From a bacterium (GTDB lineage Bacteria > Bacillota_I > Bacilli_A > RFN20 > CAG-288), in contig CAVDUB010000005.1 in the NCBI GenBank assembly GCA_963612025.1, positions 8,943 through 72,942 on the forward strand: DNA of 64,000 nucleotides. The letters are read 5' to 3'. Below, one piece after another: positions 50,283 through 60,804 of this stretch (its first letter is position 1; every line of letters starts with the position of its first letter). Under the pieces are notes generated by a model. It made no database searches and was not told where the DNA came from. It saw nothing but the letters and a program-made list of their open reading frames with translations. Both the position numbers and the translations under genes were made by a program.

Positions 50283-50675
50283 TTAGCCACGGGGCTTCTT
50301 TGCCGGACGGCAGCCGTTATGCGGAATAGGAGTGACGTCGGCAATGGACAGGACCTTCAATCCTGCAGCTTCCAAAGCACGGCAAGCAGTCTCTCTTCCC
50401 GGGCCAGGACCCTTGATTTCGACATCAACACTTCTCAAGCCACGATCGAAGCAAGTTTTGGCAACGTTGGTGGCAGCAATCTGAGCAGCGAATGGTGTGG
50501 ACTTTCTGCTTCCAGAATAGCCGGAGGTACCGGCACTGGCCCAAGCGATGACTCGACCCTGTTCATCTGTGATGGAGATGATTGTGTTGGAGAAAGTCGC
50601 ATGGATATGGGCAACACCCTTGGTGAAAGTAAGTTTTGCCTTCTTCTTTCTGATAGTAGTCTTTTTATCAGCCAT
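50283..50675 (-). CDS. rpsK: 30S ribosomal protein S11
   Basis: [18 protein letters not shown]...[11 protein letters not shown]. Confidence 0.97.
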   Translation of the reverse strand: MADKKTTIRKKKAKLTFTKGVAHIHATFSNTIISITDEQGRVIAWASAGTSGYSGSRKSTPFAAQIAATNVAKTCFDRGLRSVDVEIKGPGPGRETACRALEAAGLKVLSIADVTPIPHNGCRPAKKPRG

Positions 50676-50693
50676 TTTATTCGTTCCTCCCGA

Positions 50694-51068
50694 TTACATT
50701 GTTGCTTTCTTATGGTTGGCAACTGTCTTTCTCGGACCTTTGCAGGTACGAGCATTGGTTTTGTCTCTCTGACCACGGCAAGGAAGATTCTTCTTGTGTC
50801 TCTGGCCACGATAGGTACCAATTTCTTCAAGTCTCTTGATATCAAGAGCATACTGTCTGCGCAAGTCACCTTCGACGACATATTTGGCGACTTCATTTCT
50901 GACAGCGGTAAGTTCTTCTTCAGAACAATCTTTGACACGCTTTGTGCCATCAACTTTGGCGGCAACGACGATTTTCTTGGCAGTGGTCAATCCGATACCA
51001 TAGATGTAACGGAGAGAATAAACCAACTGCTTATCGTTCGGAATATCAACGCCTGCAATACGAGCCAT
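50694..51068 (-). CDS. rpsM: 30S ribosomal protein S13
   Basis: [26 protein letters not shown]. Confidence 0.97.
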   Translation of the reverse strand: MARIAGVDIPNDKQLVYSLRYIYGIGLTTAKKIVVAAKVDGTKRVKDCSEEELTAVRNEVAKYVVEGDLRRQYALDIKRLEEIGTYRGQRHKKNLPCRGQRDKTNARTCKGPRKTVANHKKATM

Positions 51069-51086
51069 ATTTCCGATTTCCTTTCT

Positions 51087-51200
51087 TTAACCTTGTCTCT
51101 GCTTATGCTTTGGATTGGAGCAGATGACCATAACACGTCCCTTACGCTTAATAACTCTGCACTTGTCGCAGATCGGCTTAACTGAAGCTCTAACTTTCAT
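51087..51200 (-). CDS. rpmJ: 50S ribosomal protein L36 (zinc-ribbon type)
   Basis: Too short for the ORF track. Hand translation gives [37 protein letters not shown]. It lies between infA and rpsM as expected. Confidence 0.95.
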   Translation of the reverse strand: MKVRASVKPICDKCRVIKRKGRVMVICSNPKHKQRQG

Positions 51201-51223
51201 TGTTAAGTTCTCCTTTAGCAAAT

Positions 51224-51442
51224 TTACTTAAATCGGTACACAATGCAACCATTCGTGACATCATAAGGAGAGATTTCCACCGTGACTTTATCTCCAGGAA
51301 GAATATGAATCTTGTTCATTCTCATCTTGCCGGATACTCTGGCGCGAATCACGGCGCCTCCGTCGAGCTGTACCGAATACTTCTCGCCGGGAAGGGAATC
51401 GAGAATTGTTCCCTCCATCTTAATGAAATCTTCTCTGCTCAT
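51224..51442 (-). CDS. infA: Translation initiation factor IF-1
   Basis: 72 aa, [19 protein letters not shown]...[22 protein letters not shown] overlap with the map stop. Confidence 0.96.
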   Translation of the reverse strand: MSREDFIKMEGTILDSLPGEKYSVQLDGGAVIRARVSGKMRMNKIHILPGDKVTVEISPYDVTNGCIVYRFK

Positions 51443-52245
51443 TCTTTGTTTTCATTCTCCAATTCATTTAGATGTCGTTTGACATTGGAGTCAACCGACG
51501 TAACAATAGCCCCGTCCGATGTGATGACAACGTCATTTTCATAGTGACAGGTTAACTTCTTATCGGCTGACACGATTCCCCAGCCATCCTGGAGAGTGAT
51601 AATGTCACTCTTTCCAGCGAGGACCATTGGTTCAATCGCTAGACACATGCCCTCACGAAGGTAAGGACCAAGTCCCATCTCCGGAGAATAGTAGTTGTAA
51701 ATGAAGGGATCTTCATGCATCTCTTTTCCGATACCATGGCCGCCGTACTCCTTGACGAGCGAGTAGCCATATTTATCGGCCGTTCTTTGTATCGCCATGC
51801 TGATTTCATACAGATGACGACCAGGCTTAAGAACTTTGAAAGCCTCCCAGAAACATTCTTCGGTGCAACGGATGAGCCGTTTCGCTTCATCGGAGATATT
51901 TCCAACAGCGAAGGTTCTGCAGGCATCGCCATTGTAACCATTCTGATCGAGGTTACCCATATCGATGCTTACAATGTCGCCTTCCTTCAAAATGATATTT
52001 TTCGAGGGAATACCATGGATCAAGGTAGAATTGACGGAGGCACAGACAGCCCAGTGATAACCTTCTTCTAAGGCAAAGTTTGGTTTGCCACCGGTTTCAC
52101 GGATGTACTTCTCTGCCAACTTATCGATTTCAGCAGTGGTTCTGCCAGGTTTGATCTCTTCGGCCAATTTGTCGAAGACAGTGCCCAACTTATTTCCTGC
52201 CTCAATCATCTTCTCCATTTCTCGCTTGGTTTTGATGATGATCAT
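51439..52245 (-). CDS. map: Type I methionine aminopeptidase
   Basis: Metal-ligand blocks DIVSIDMG, GYNGDACRTF, GHGIG and LAIEPM. Confidence 0.95.
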   Translation of the reverse strand: MIIIKTKREMEKMIEAGNKLGTVFDKLAEEIKPGRTTAEIDKLAEKYIRETGGKPNFALEEGYHWAVCASVNSTLIHGIPSKNIILKEGDIVSIDMGNLDQNGYNGDACRTFAVGNISDEAKRLIRCTEECFWEAFKVLKPGRHLYEISMAIQRTADKYGYSLVKEYGGHGIGKEMHEDPFIYNYYSPEMGLGPYLREGMCLAIEPMVLAGKSDIITLQDGWGIVSADKKLTCHYENDVVITSDGAIVTSVDSNVKRHLNELENENKE

Positions 52246-52916
52246 TACTCAGCCTCGTCCAATATCTTCTGAATATCAGAGAAGACAGCATCGATGCTTT
52301 GCAAGGCATCGACTTTTCCCAAGACGCCTTTTTCTTCATAATGCTTGGCAATCGGATACGTCTGAGAGGCATAGGCCTCAAGACGGACTTTGAAGGCTTG
52401 AGCATTATCATCCTTGCGCTGAATGAGCTTCTCACCGCAGCAGTCACAGACGCCTTCCACTTTTGGTTTCTTCGTCAGGATGTTGTAGCTTGCTCCGCAG
52501 GATGGACAGACTCGTCTGGAAGTGATGCGAGAAGTCAGAACCTCATCATCAGCCACCATGAGGATGACCGAATTGATTCTTCTTCCCATCTTCTCCAATA
52601 ATTTATCCAAGGCTTCTGCCTGAGGAATGGTTCTCGGGAAGCCATCGAGAAGGAATCCCTTCTTGCAGTCTTCTTTCGAAAGTCTTTCCTCGACAAGACC
52701 AATGGTCACTTCGTCGGGAACCAAAGCTCCCTGATTCATGTATTCACTAGCCTTCAAGCCTAATGGAGTCTTATTGCTGATAGCAGCACGGAACATATCG
52801 CCGGTCGAAATATGCGGCACGGCGAACTTCTCGACAATCAATTCCGACTGGGTTCCCTTGCCTGCGGCAGGGGGACCCATCAGAATGATATTCAGTTGTT
52901 TGTTCTGATTATTCAT
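52245..52916 (-). CDS. adk: Adenylate kinase (zinc-lid type)
   Basis: GPPAAGKGTQ P-loop. The lid reads CPSCGASYN...CDCCG (CxxC...CxxC). Confidence 0.96.
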   Translation of the reverse strand: MNNQNKQLNIILMGPPAAGKGTQSELIVEKFAVPHISTGDMFRAAISNKTPLGLKASEYMNQGALVPDEVTIGLVEERLSKEDCKKGFLLDGFPRTIPQAEALDKLLEKMGRRINSVILMVADDEVLTSRITSRRVCPSCGASYNILTKKPKVEGVCDCCGEKLIQRKDDNAQAFKVRLEAYASQTYPIAKHYEEKGVLGKVDALQSIDAVFSDIQKILDEAE

Positions 52917-52918
52917 AG

Positions 52919-54259
52919 TTACATCTCACTTTCGGCAAAGCCTTGACCAGCAAGGATACCATTGATCTGATTGTTGATTTCCAATGCGACACCGACAACA
53001 ATGATGAGACCTGTTCCACCCAAGGATAAACTTGTCGGAACAGCTCCCGTCAAAGAAAGGATGACAGGAAGCAAGGCAATGAGGGTAAGAGACATCGAAC
53101 CGATGAATGTGATGCGGTTGAGAACCTTGGAGATGTATCTTTCCGTTTCGACGCCAGGCTTGATACCAGTGATGTATGTGCCGGACTGTTGGAAGTTCTC
53201 GGCAATACGCTCTGGATTGATTTCAAGCTGGGCATAGAAGTAGGAGAAGGCAATAATCAGGATGGCGTAGATGATCGTTCCCCAAGGCATGGAGAAGGAG
53301 TCACCCATCGTTGTCATGGCCTGATAATTGAACACCTCTTCGATTTTCGTCGCCCATGCTGGAGGATTTCCATTGCTGAAGAGAGAGATGATGATGCTTG
53401 GAGCCACCATGATGGAACTGGCGAAAATAACCGGCATAACGGAACTTGCGTTGACCTTGATTGGCAGGAAACTTGCCTGCTGATAGGCCAGCTCATTGCT
53501 CGAAGATGTATTCGAGTGCGAAATCGGCATCTTTCGAACCGATTTCTCAATGAATGTGACAAAAACGACAATGAGGATCAAGGCCAAGAGATAGACCGTG
53601 ATCTGAACAGCACCTTCCAAAATCAAGGATGCATCACCCGTCTGAACTTTATCACCAAGATAAGAGGTGAATGCAGTGGAGATTTGGCTAGGAAGAGAGG
53701 AAATAATTCCTTCAAAAATCAAGACAGAGATACCATTTCCGATACCCTTATCCGTGATCTGGTCACCTAACCAGGTGAGGATCAACGTTCCTGCAATCAT
53801 ATAGACAATAATCTTCGTATAGCCCCAGGCAGAATCGTCTGCAAGCGTGATACCATTGCTGTTTTTCAAAGCGACAATGATACCATAGGCCTGAACGGCA
53901 GCCAAGGCGACGGAGAGAAGTCGAGTGACAACATCGAGTTTCTTTCGACCTGTCTCACCTTCCTTGGACATATTCGTCAAGGCAGGAAGAACGTCCATGC
54001 TGAGAAGCTGGATAATGATTTGTGCTGTAATGTAGGGAGAGACACCCAATGCAAGAATAGAGAAATTCTGCAAGGCACCTCCACCCATCATGTTCAGTAA
54101 TGAAAAGGAAGATGTGGTATCGTCCCAGAGGTTGGAACTGACGGTAACCCCTGGAACGGTAATAGCCGACCCAATTCGGAAGACAAGGAAAATTGCCAAC
54201 GTAAATAAGATACGATTCAAAACGTCCTTGTTATGGAAAAATGCGGCTACTTTTTTCAT
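52919..54259 (-). CDS. secY: Preprotein translocase subunit SecY
   Basis: 446 aa, 10-TM pattern, SILALGVSPYITAQIIIQLL block. Confidence 0.96.
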   Translation of the reverse strand: MKKVAAFFHNKDVLNRILFTLAIFLVFRIGSAITVPGVTVSSNLWDDTTSSFSLLNMMGGGALQNFSILALGVSPYITAQIIIQLLSMDVLPALTNMSKEGETGRKKLDVVTRLLSVALAAVQAYGIIVALKNSNGITLADDSAWGYTKIIVYMIAGTLILTWLGDQITDKGIGNGISVLIFEGIISSLPSQISTAFTSYLGDKVQTGDASLILEGAVQITVYLLALILIVVFVTFIEKSVRKMPISHSNTSSSNELAYQQASFLPIKVNASSVMPVIFASSIMVAPSIIISLFSNGNPPAWATKIEEVFNYQAMTTMGDSFSMPWGTIIYAILIIAFSYFYAQLEINPERIAENFQQSGTYITGIKPGVETERYISKVLNRITFIGSMSLTLIALLPVILSLTGAVPTSLSLGGTGLIIVVGVALEINNQINGILAGQGFAESEM

Positions 54260-54777
54260 TACTTATCCTCTTTTTCAGTGTCCTGATCGAAAGAGGCCAA
54301 AGTCTTGTTGAAAGCAATTCTTGCTTCCTTCAAGGTTTCGACGGAAGTGGTACCACCGACCTTTTCAATGGCTTCCTTGGCAGACTTGGTGAAAGCCTGG
54401 ACAGTAACATTGAGTTTCTTGGTCAATTCGCCATTGCCTAAGATTTTGACTGGCTTGTTGAGATTTCTCAAAAGGCCGGCAAAAACCAAAGCGGTATCAT
54501 TGACTGTCGTGCCATCGGCAAAGATAGCATCTAAGTCGCTGAGCTTGACAATCGCATATTCGACTCTGCCATAGTTGGTGAAACCATGCTTTGGCAAACG
54601 TCTGTAAAGAGGCAACTGACCGCCTTCAAATCCGACTGGAACTTTGCGTCCCTGTCTGGCACCCTGACCCTTTTGACCACGGGTGGAGGTCTTGCCCATG
54701 CCGGAGCCTAAGCCACGTCCAACCTTCTTCGGAAGATGACGGGAACCTTCAGCGATTTTGAGATCATGTAATTCCAT
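54259..54777 (-). CDS. rplO: 50S ribosomal protein L15 (with C-terminal extension)
   Basis: LHDLKIAEGSRHLPKKVGRGLGSGMGKTSTRGQKGQ. At 172 aa it is about 25 aa longer than typical. Confidence 0.95.
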   Translation of the reverse strand: MELHDLKIAEGSRHLPKKVGRGLGSGMGKTSTRGQKGQGARQGRKVPVGFEGGQLPLYRRLPKHGFTNYGRVEYAIVKLSDLDAIFADGTTVNDTALVFAGLLRNLNKPVKILGNGELTKKLNVTVQAFTKSAKEAIEKVGGTTSVETLKEARIAFNKTLASFDQDTEKEDK

Positions 54778-54792
54778 AGTTCAATCCTCCAA

Positions 54793-55461
54793 TTACTTTT
54801 CTTCCGGAGCTTTTTCAGCGACCGGCTTCTTGCCATAACGGGTTTCCAAGACGGATTCAAAGGTCTTGAGCTGGTTGAGAGCATCGACAGTAGCTTTGAC
54901 AACATTGCCCTGAGTTCTCGAACCATAGATCTTGGAATAGACGTTCTTGACACCAGATAATTCAAGAATGGAACGGACAGCACCGCCGGCGACAAGTCCT
55001 GTGCCAGCCGGAGCCGGTTTCAAGAAGACCTGAGTGGCACCAAAGTGACCCATGACTGGATGAGCAATGGTATCACCCTTGGAAATGGTAATCTTGAACA
55101 TGTTCTTCTTGGCAACAGCCAAGGCTTTCTTGATTGCATCCGGGACTTCGTTGGATTTTCCAAGTCCGTAACCGAATTTGCCTTTTCCATCACCGATGAC
55201 GACTAAGGCTGTGAAGCGAACACGCTTACCACCCTTGACCGTCTTTGCGACTCTGGAGATCTTGATGATCTTCTCTTCGTAAAGTTTTTCTTCTTTTCTT
55301 CCGCGGCCATTCTTGTCACCACGGTTGAAACGGCGACCGCCATTGCCGAAACGCTTGTTTCCCTTAGCATTGGCAGCAGACTTCTCACCGCCCTGGGCGG
55401 CTTCAGCCTTGACTCCGGAATCAGTTTCCGGAGCGACGTTCTCATTTAATTCTTCAGCCAT
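54793..55461 (-). CDS. rpsE: 30S ribosomal protein S5 (with ~55-aa N-terminal extension)
   Basis: ISRVAKTVKGGKRVRFTALVVIGDGKGKFGYGLGKSNEVPDAIKKA core, preceded by an A/E/G/K/N-rich leader. Confidence 0.95.
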   Translation of the reverse strand: MAEELNENVAPETDSGVKAEAAQGGEKSAANAKGNKRFGNGGRRFNRGDKNGRGRKEEKLYEEKIIKISRVAKTVKGGKRVRFTALVVIGDGKGKFGYGLGKSNEVPDAIKKALAVAKKNMFKITISKGDTIAHPVMGHFGATQVFLKPAPAGTGLVAGGAVRSILELSGVKNVYSKIYGSRTQGNVVKATVDALNQLKTFESVLETRYGKKPVAEKAPEEK

Positions 55462-55476
55462 TTTAATTGTTTCTCC

Positions 55477-55833
55477 TTAGAAGACCAAACCAGCTTCTCT
55501 TAAAGCTTCAGCGACAGCCTTGACCTGTCCGTGATAAAGATATCCGGAACGATCGAAGACGACTTTCTCAATCTTGAGATCCTTGGCTTTCTGAGCCAAA
55601 TCAGCACCGACCTTGGTGGCAGCGTCGACATTGGAAGGATTCTCCAAGCCGAGTTTGGCACTCGAGGAAGCAGCGAGAGTCTTACCCGTTGTATCATCAA
55701 CTAAAGCGGCATAGATGAACTTGTTGGAACGGAAGACAGAAACGCGCGGACGATCAGCAGTGCCCTTGACTTTGGCTCTGATTCTGATGTGACGATGCAA
55801 TCTCTGTTTGTTCTTATTGAATGCAGTATACAT
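55477..55833 (-). CDS. rplR: 50S ribosomal protein L18
   Basis: RHIRIRAKVKGTADRPRVSVFRSNKFIYAALVDD. Confidence 0.96.
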   Translation of the reverse strand: MYTAFNKNKQRLHRHIRIRAKVKGTADRPRVSVFRSNKFIYAALVDDTTGKTLAASSSAKLGLENPSNVDAATKVGADLAQKAKDLKIEKVVFDRSGYLYHGQVKAVAEALREAGLVF

Positions 55834-55848
55834 GTTTCATCTCTCCTT

Positions 55849-56397
55849 TTAAGCGGACTTCTTGGCAGAAGCGGGCTGACGCAATGTAATGACTTCGCCC
55901 TGATAGCGGATGCCCTTGCCATGATAGCATTCCGGCTTTCTGACATCGCGGATGACAGCAGCGACCTGACCGACTTTCTGTTTGTCGATGCCCTCGACGA
56001 TGATGTTCATCGTCTTGGATTCGATGCTGACCTTCACGCCGTCAACAGCATGAATGACATCTGGATGGGAGTGGCCGACATAAAGGACAAGATCAGTACC
56101 CTTCATTTCAGCTCTGTAACCGACACCCTTGATTTCAAGGACCTTCTTGAAGCCCTCGTTGACGCCTTTGACCATATCGTTGATGATGGCACGGGCAGTA
56201 CCATGGTTCATACGCATTTCAATGGAGTCATTTGGACGGGTAACATGAAGTTTGCCGTCCTTGATTTCGTAATTCAGATGCTTATGGAAAGTTTGGGTAA
56301 GTTCACCAAGTTTGCCCTTGACAGTGACAACACCATCTTTGCAGGTAACAGTGACGCCTTCCGGAATAGCAATAGGTTCTCTACCGATTCTAGACAT
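55849..56397 (-). CDS. rplF: 50S ribosomal protein L6
   Basis: MSRIGREPIAIPEGVTVT...GYRAEMKGTDLVLYVGHSHP. Confidence 0.96.
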   Translation of the reverse strand: MSRIGREPIAIPEGVTVTCKDGVVTVKGKLGELTQTFHKHLNYEIKDGKLHVTRPNDSIEMRMNHGTARAIINDMVKGVNEGFKKVLEIKGVGYRAEMKGTDLVLYVGHSHPDVIHAVDGVKVSIESKTMNIIVEGIDKQKVGQVAAVIRDVRKPECYHGKGIRYQGEVITLRQPASAKKSA

Positions 56398-56409
56398 TTC
56401 CCTACCTCC

Positions 56410-56811
56410 TTACCAAACGTAGGCAAGCACTTCGCCGCCGACATTCAGTTTTCTAGCATTCTTATCCGTCATGATTCCGCTGGAAGTGGAAACAATTGCG
56501 ATGCCTAAGCCGTTAAGAACTCTTGGGAGCTTATCAGCAGAGACAGTGACACGGAGACCTGGTTTAGAGATTCTCTTGATGCCAGTGATGACGCGATTGT
56601 TCTTGGAATCATATTTCATCTTGATGGTCAAAGTCTTGGAAGGCTTGCCTTCTTCAGCCTTAACGGAATATCCGGCGATGAAGCCTTCTTCCTTTAAGAT
56701 TTCGCAGACTTTTTCACCGAGTTTGAAGGTCGGAAGAGACACTTCTTCAGCTTTGCTCATATTGGCATTGCGAATACGGGTTAATAAATCAGACAATGTA
56801 TCGTTAACCAT
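56410..56811 (-). CDS. rpsH: 30S ribosomal protein S8
   Basis: DTLSDLLTRIRNANMSK...GGEVLAYVW. Confidence 0.96.
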   Translation of the reverse strand: MVNDTLSDLLTRIRNANMSKAEEVSLPTFKLGEKVCEILKEEGFIAGYSVKAEEGKPSKTLTIKMKYDSKNNRVITGIKRISKPGLRVTVSADKLPRVLNGLGIAIVSTSSGIMTDKNARKLNVGGEVLAYVW

Positions 56812-56829
56812 AATAGTTCTCTCCTTTCC

Positions 56830-57018
56830 TTACCAACTGGCCTTATGCATGCCAGGGATTTCGCCCTTGTAGGCCATTTCTCTCAAGCAGATACGGCAGA
56901 CACCGAACTGTTTGAGAACACCATGGACTCTTCCGCAGCGAGTGCAGCGGGAGTAGTTCTGGGTCTTTGGATGCTTCTTTGGGGAAGCACATTTGACGAT
57001 TAAAGCTTTTCTTGCCAT
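56830..57018 (-). CDS. rpsN: 30S ribosomal protein S14 type Z (zinc-binding)
   Basis: 61 aa with [20 protein letters not shown] (CxxC...CxxC) and C-terminal KASW. Confidence 0.95.
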   Translation of the reverse strand: MARKALIVKCASPKKHPKTQNYSRCTRCGRVHGVLKQFGVCRICLREMAYKGEIPGMHKASW

Positions 57019-57033
57019 TGTTTCATCCTCCTA

Positions 57034-57651
57034 TTACTTAGAGAAAGGCATGCCGAGTTTGGTCAAAAGAGCGGCAGCTTCCTTATCGGTCTTAGCAGTT
57101 GTGACAACGACAACGTCCATACCCTGGGTACGGTTGACTTTATCATACTGGATTTCAGGGAAAATCAATTGTTCCTTGACACCGACAGAGTAATTTCCAC
57201 GACCATCGAAAGAATCCTTGGAAATACCACGGAAATCTCTGACACGTGGCAAATCGATTGTGATGAACTTATCTAAGAAGTCATACATACGGACTCTTCT
57301 GAGAGTGACCTTGACACCGACGGCAGCACCTTCACGGAGCTTGAAGTTCGCAATGGACTTCTTTGCCTTGGTGACGATTGGATGCTGGCCAGCGATGGTT
57401 GCCATCTGGGAGACAGCTTCCTCGACGTTCTTTTCATTTCCACCAGCTTCGCCCAATCTCATGTTGAGGACGACCTTGACGATCTTCGGGCATTCCATAA
57501 CGGACTTGTATCCGAATTCCTTCATGAGTTCAGGAACGATTTCTTCCTTATACTTTGTTTCAAGACGGGAGGTATAAGCAGCTTTCTGATTGCCCTGATT
57601 GTGGGCTTTTTTCACGGACACGCCGTTTTTCTTTTCTTCAGCCATTTTCAA
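57034..57651 (-). CDS. rplE: 50S ribosomal protein L5 (with ~25-aa N-terminal extension)
   Basis: [37 protein letters not shown] core. Confidence 0.95.
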   Translation of the reverse strand: MKMAEEKKNGVSVKKAHNQGNQKAAYTSRLETKYKEEIVPELMKEFGYKSVMECPKIVKVVLNMRLGEAGGNEKNVEEAVSQMATIAGQHPIVTKAKKSIANFKLREGAAVGVKVTLRRVRMYDFLDKFITIDLPRVRDFRGISKDSFDGRGNYSVGVKEQLIFPEIQYDKVNRTQGMDVVVVTTAKTDKEAAALLTKLGMPFSK

Positions 57652-57656
57652 TCTCC

Positions 57657-57965
57657 TTACTTGATCACAGAGCCGCTCTTCTTGGCAACTCTGACTTTCT
57701 TACCATCTTTGAGCACGTAGCCAACGCGGGTCGCACCATTGGTCTTTGGATCGACCAAGGCAACCTTGGAGGCATCAATAGGAAGGTTGATTTCCTTGAT
57801 GGAACCCTTCGGATTGGCCTGAGAGGGCTTGACATGCTTTTTGTTGACATTAACGCCTTCGACAACAACTTTGTTGACCTTCGGCATGGCCTTGATGACC
57901 TTGCCGGTCTTTCCTTTGTCGTCGCCGGAGAGGACGATAACAGTATCACCAGTTTTGACTTTCAT
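57657..57965 (-). CDS. rplX: 50S ribosomal protein L24
   Basis: [23 protein letters not shown] with AGGAGG upstream. The track ORF is extended upstream into rplN. Confidence 0.95.
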   Translation of the reverse strand: MKVKTGDTVIVLSGDDKGKTGKVIKAMPKVNKVVVEGVNVNKKHVKPSQANPKGSIKEINLPIDASKVALVDPKTNGATRVGYVLKDGKKVRVAKKSGSVIK

Positions 57966-57984
57966 GATTTCGCTCCTCCTAGAC

Positions 57985-58359
57985 TTAGAGAACTTCGACT
58001 GCCAAAGAGACAATCTTCATATATTTATCGCCCTTCTCACGAAGTTCACGGGCAACAGGTCCAAAGACACGGGTACCCTTCGGAGAACCATCTTCATTGA
58101 TGAGGACGACAGCATTGTCATCGAAACGGATGGTAGAACCATCTTTTCTCTGATAAGCTTTCTTGACACGGACGATAACGCCCTTGACAACATCGGACTT
58201 CTTGACTTTGCCGTTCGGGATAGCATCCTTGACAGCGCAGATGACAACATCACCGACACTGGCAGATTTTCTGTGAGAGCCACCCATAAGGTGGAAAACT
58301 CTGACAGAACGAGCACCAGAGTTGTCAGCAACAACCAGGTTAGTTTCAGTCTGAACCAT
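57985..58359 (-). CDS. rplN: 50S ribosomal protein L14
   Basis: [27 protein letters not shown]. Confidence 0.96.
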   Translation of the reverse strand: MVQTETNLVVADNSGARSVRVFHLMGGSHRKSASVGDVVICAVKDAIPNGKVKKSDVVKGVIVRVKKAYQRKDGSTIRFDDNAVVLINEDGSPKGTRVFGPVARELREKGDKYMKIVSLAVEVL

Positions 58360-58361
58360 GA

Positions 58362-58643
58362 TTATTCTCCCTTCTTGACCACTTCAACCAAGCGGAAACG
58401 CTTGTCGTGGGACAATGGACGGCATTCTTCGAAGATGACAACATCACCGACTTTGGCGATGGAGTTGCGATCATCGACTTTGTACTTCTTGCGGACAGAG
58501 ACTCTCTTCTTGTAGATCGGATGAGCCTTGTAGGTTTCTGTTTCGACGACGATGGTTTTCATCATCTTGGCAGAGATGACAGTTCCCTGTAATCTTCTCT
58601 TGCCAGAGGCCTTGATGACCTGTTCATTCAATTCTTCAGCCAT
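58362..58643 (-). CDS. rpsQ: 30S ribosomal protein S17
   Basis: [34 protein letters not shown] chose the ATG at 58643. Confidence 0.93.
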   Translation of the reverse strand: MAEELNEQVIKASGKRRLQGTVISAKMMKTIVVETETYKAHPIYKKRVSVRKKYKVDDRNSIAKVGDVVIFEECRPLSHDKRFRLVEVVKKGE

Positions 58644-58658
58644 TGTATTAGCCTCCAA

Positions 58659-58871
58659 TTACTTGGCCTCAGCCTTCTTGGCTGCAGCCTTTCTTTCGTT
58701 TTCGACAGTGAGACATTTTGCGATGTCCTTGCGGCAGACGGTGATCTTGGCACCGTTATCCAACTGGCCTGCCTTAGCCTGGAATCTCAAGGAAAGAAGT
58801 TCTCCCTTAAGTTCGTAGACCTTCATAGCGAGGTCTTTGTCAGATAATTTTCTAACTTCTTCGATAGTCAT
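58659..58871 (-). CDS. rpmC: 50S ribosomal protein L29
   Basis: MTIEEVRKLSDKDLAMKVYELKGELLSLRFQ. The start shares 1 nt with the rplP stop (TAATG). Confidence 0.93.
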   Translation of the reverse strand: MTIEEVRKLSDKDLAMKVYELKGELLSLRFQAKAGQLDNGAKITVCRKDIAKCLTVENERKAAAKKAEAK

Positions 58872-59290
58872 TATTTGTTTTCCTCGCCTTTCTTCACAAC
58901 TCTGGTCGTGACAGAGAGCTTGTAGCCAGCCTGTCTGAGAGCTGCGATGCAATCAGCAGCAGCGATGCCACCGATTTCGAACATAACCGTTCCCTTATCG
59001 ACAACGGCATCCCATTTTTCGACAGTACCCTTACCGTTACCCATACGGACTTCAGCAGGTTTCTTGGTGATGCCCAAGTAAGGGAAGATACGAATGTAGC
59101 ATTTTCCGAACTTCTTGGTATATCTGGATAAGACAACACGGGCAGATTCAATCTGGCGGTTATTGATGTAGCCAGGGCAGGTTGCGACAAGACCATAGTC
59201 ACCATAGGCAACGGTATTGCATCTGGAAGCGAACTGCTTCGGCTTGACTAAATGGCAACGACGCCATTTCTGTCTTTTTGGTTGTAACAT
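58871..59290 (-). CDS. rplP: 50S ribosomal protein L16
   Basis: MLQPKRQKWRR...RMGNGKGTVEKW. Confidence 0.95.
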   Translation of the reverse strand: MLQPKRQKWRRCHLVKPKQFASRCNTVAYGDYGLVATCPGYINNRQIESARVVLSRYTKKFGKCYIRIFPYLGITKKPAEVRMGNGKGTVEKWDAVVDKGTVMFEIGGIAAADCIAALRQAGYKLSVTTRVVKKGEENK

Positions 59291-59292
59291 TC

Positions 59293-60084
59293 TTATTCTC
59301 CTTTCTGCTCAGGAGCATCCTTGCTTTCGCTTGGAGTGGCCTGAGGGGCTGGACGATTGCCACGGTTATTTCCGCGACCGCCTTTGTTGTTGCTGCGGCC
59401 ACGTCCGAAACGGCCCTGGTCTGGACGGCGATCTCTCAATTCCTGATAGTTCTCAGGGAGAGCAATCCAAACCTTGACACCGATGACACCATAGGTGGTC
59501 TGGCATGGAGTGTAGGCATAATCGATAGCCTGACGCAAGGTATGAAGACCGAGAACACCTTCACGATATTCTTCGGAACGAGCAATTTCGGCACCGCCGA
59601 TACGGCCCTTGGTCATCGTCTTGCAGCCGAGAGCACCAGCTCTCATGACTCTCTGAATAGCCTTCTTCTGAACAACACGGTACGAAGCTCTTTCCTGAAG
59701 CTGCTTGGCCATATCTTTGGCAACAAGCATAGCATCCAAGTCTGGGTTCTTGATTTCAACAATCGTGAACTTGATGGATTTTGGATCCTTCTTGAGGAGT
59801 TTTGCAACCTTTGCCGTGATTTCCTTGATCTGAGCGCCATCCTTGCCTAAGACAATGGCAGGATGAGAGACAAATAAGGAAATTGTGATGTTGTTCTTGA
59901 TTCTCTCGATATCAACGTGGGACAAACCAGCATCGATTTTGTCGAGAAGAGGTTCAAGATACTTTCTGATTTTGATGTCCTCTTCCAAATAGGAAGCAAA
60001 GGTCTTCTTATCGGCATACCAATGACTGGACCAGTCACGGTTGATGCCTAAACGTAAGCCGTTCGGATTGACTTTCTGACCCAT
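59293..60084 (-). CDS. rpsC: 30S ribosomal protein S3 (with ~45-aa G/R/N-rich C-terminal extension)
   Basis: MGQKVNPNGLRLGINRDWSSHWYA, KH domain, and the tail RGRSNNKGGRGNNRGNRPAPQATPSESKDAPEQKGE. Confidence 0.95.
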   Translation of the reverse strand: MGQKVNPNGLRLGINRDWSSHWYADKKTFASYLEEDIKIRKYLEPLLDKIDAGLSHVDIERIKNNITISLFVSHPAIVLGKDGAQIKEITAKVAKLLKKDPKSIKFTIVEIKNPDLDAMLVAKDMAKQLQERASYRVVQKKAIQRVMRAGALGCKTMTKGRIGGAEIARSEEYREGVLGLHTLRQAIDYAYTPCQTTYGVIGVKVWIALPENYQELRDRRPDQGRFGRGRSNNKGGRGNNRGNRPAPQATPSESKDAPEQKGE

Positions 60085-60086
60085 AA

Positions 60087-60488
60087 TTACTTAGCCTCCT
60101 TGGTCTTAAGAGTGACAAAGACATGAGACCAACGCTTGATCAAGCCGCTGGCAGAGCCCTTGGCTCTGGGAAGAATTCTCTTGAGTCTCATTGCATCGTT
60201 GGCAGTGATTTCAGAGATATATAAGGAATCGCGATTCATGTGGAAGTTGTTGACAGCATTTGCTTCAGCAGACTTGATGAGCTTCTCGATATCCTTGGCG
60301 CACATCTTAGGGCAGTTCTCTAAGATGGCATATGCTGTGTCAAGGTCCTTGCCACGAACCAAATCGATGACAAGTCTGACCTTTCTCGGAGTGACACCAT
60401 AGTTCAGGAGCTTAGCCTTGGCTTCGGTGACAGTTTTTTCTTCAGTTACTGGAGTAACTTCCGTTTTCTTTGTTTCTTTATCAGCCAT
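60087..60488 (-). CDS. rplV: 50S ribosomal protein L22 (with ~20-aa N-terminal extension)
   Basis: AKAKLLNYGVTPRKVRLVIDLVRGK core. Confidence 0.95.
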   Translation of the reverse strand: MADKETKKTEVTPVTEEKTVTEAKAKLLNYGVTPRKVRLVIDLVRGKDLDTAYAILENCPKMCAKDIEKLIKSAEANAVNNFHMNRDSLYISEITANDAMRLKRILPRAKGSASGLIKRWSHVFVTLKTKEAK

Positions 60489-60499
60489 GATTTTTCTCC

Positions 60500-60784
60500 T
60501 TACTTCTTGCTGGTTGTATCATCAGCACCGGAACGGTGTGAAGTGAAAGTGCGGGTGAAAACAAATTCACCTAACTTGTGACCGACCATATCTTCCGTGA
60601 TATAGACCGGGACAAAGGCTCTGCCGTTATGGACAGAGATGGTATGTTGGATGAAATCCGGGAAAATGGTGGAACGTCTGGACCAAGTCTTGATGACTTC
60701 CTTCTTTCCGGATGCATTCTGCTCCTGAACCTTCTTGAGGAGCTTTGGATCGCAATATGGACCCTTCTTTAAACTTCTGGACAT
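60500..60784 (-). CDS. rpsS: 30S ribosomal protein S19
   Basis: [19 protein letters not shown]...[24 protein letters not shown]. Confidence 0.97.
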   Translation of the reverse strand: MSRSLKKGPYCDPKLLKKVQEQNASGKKEVIKTWSRRSTIFPDFIQHTISVHNGRAFVPVYITEDMVGHKLGEFVFTRTFTSHRSGADDTTSKK

Positions 60785-60804
60785 TGTTTATTTCTCCTCC
60801 TGGA

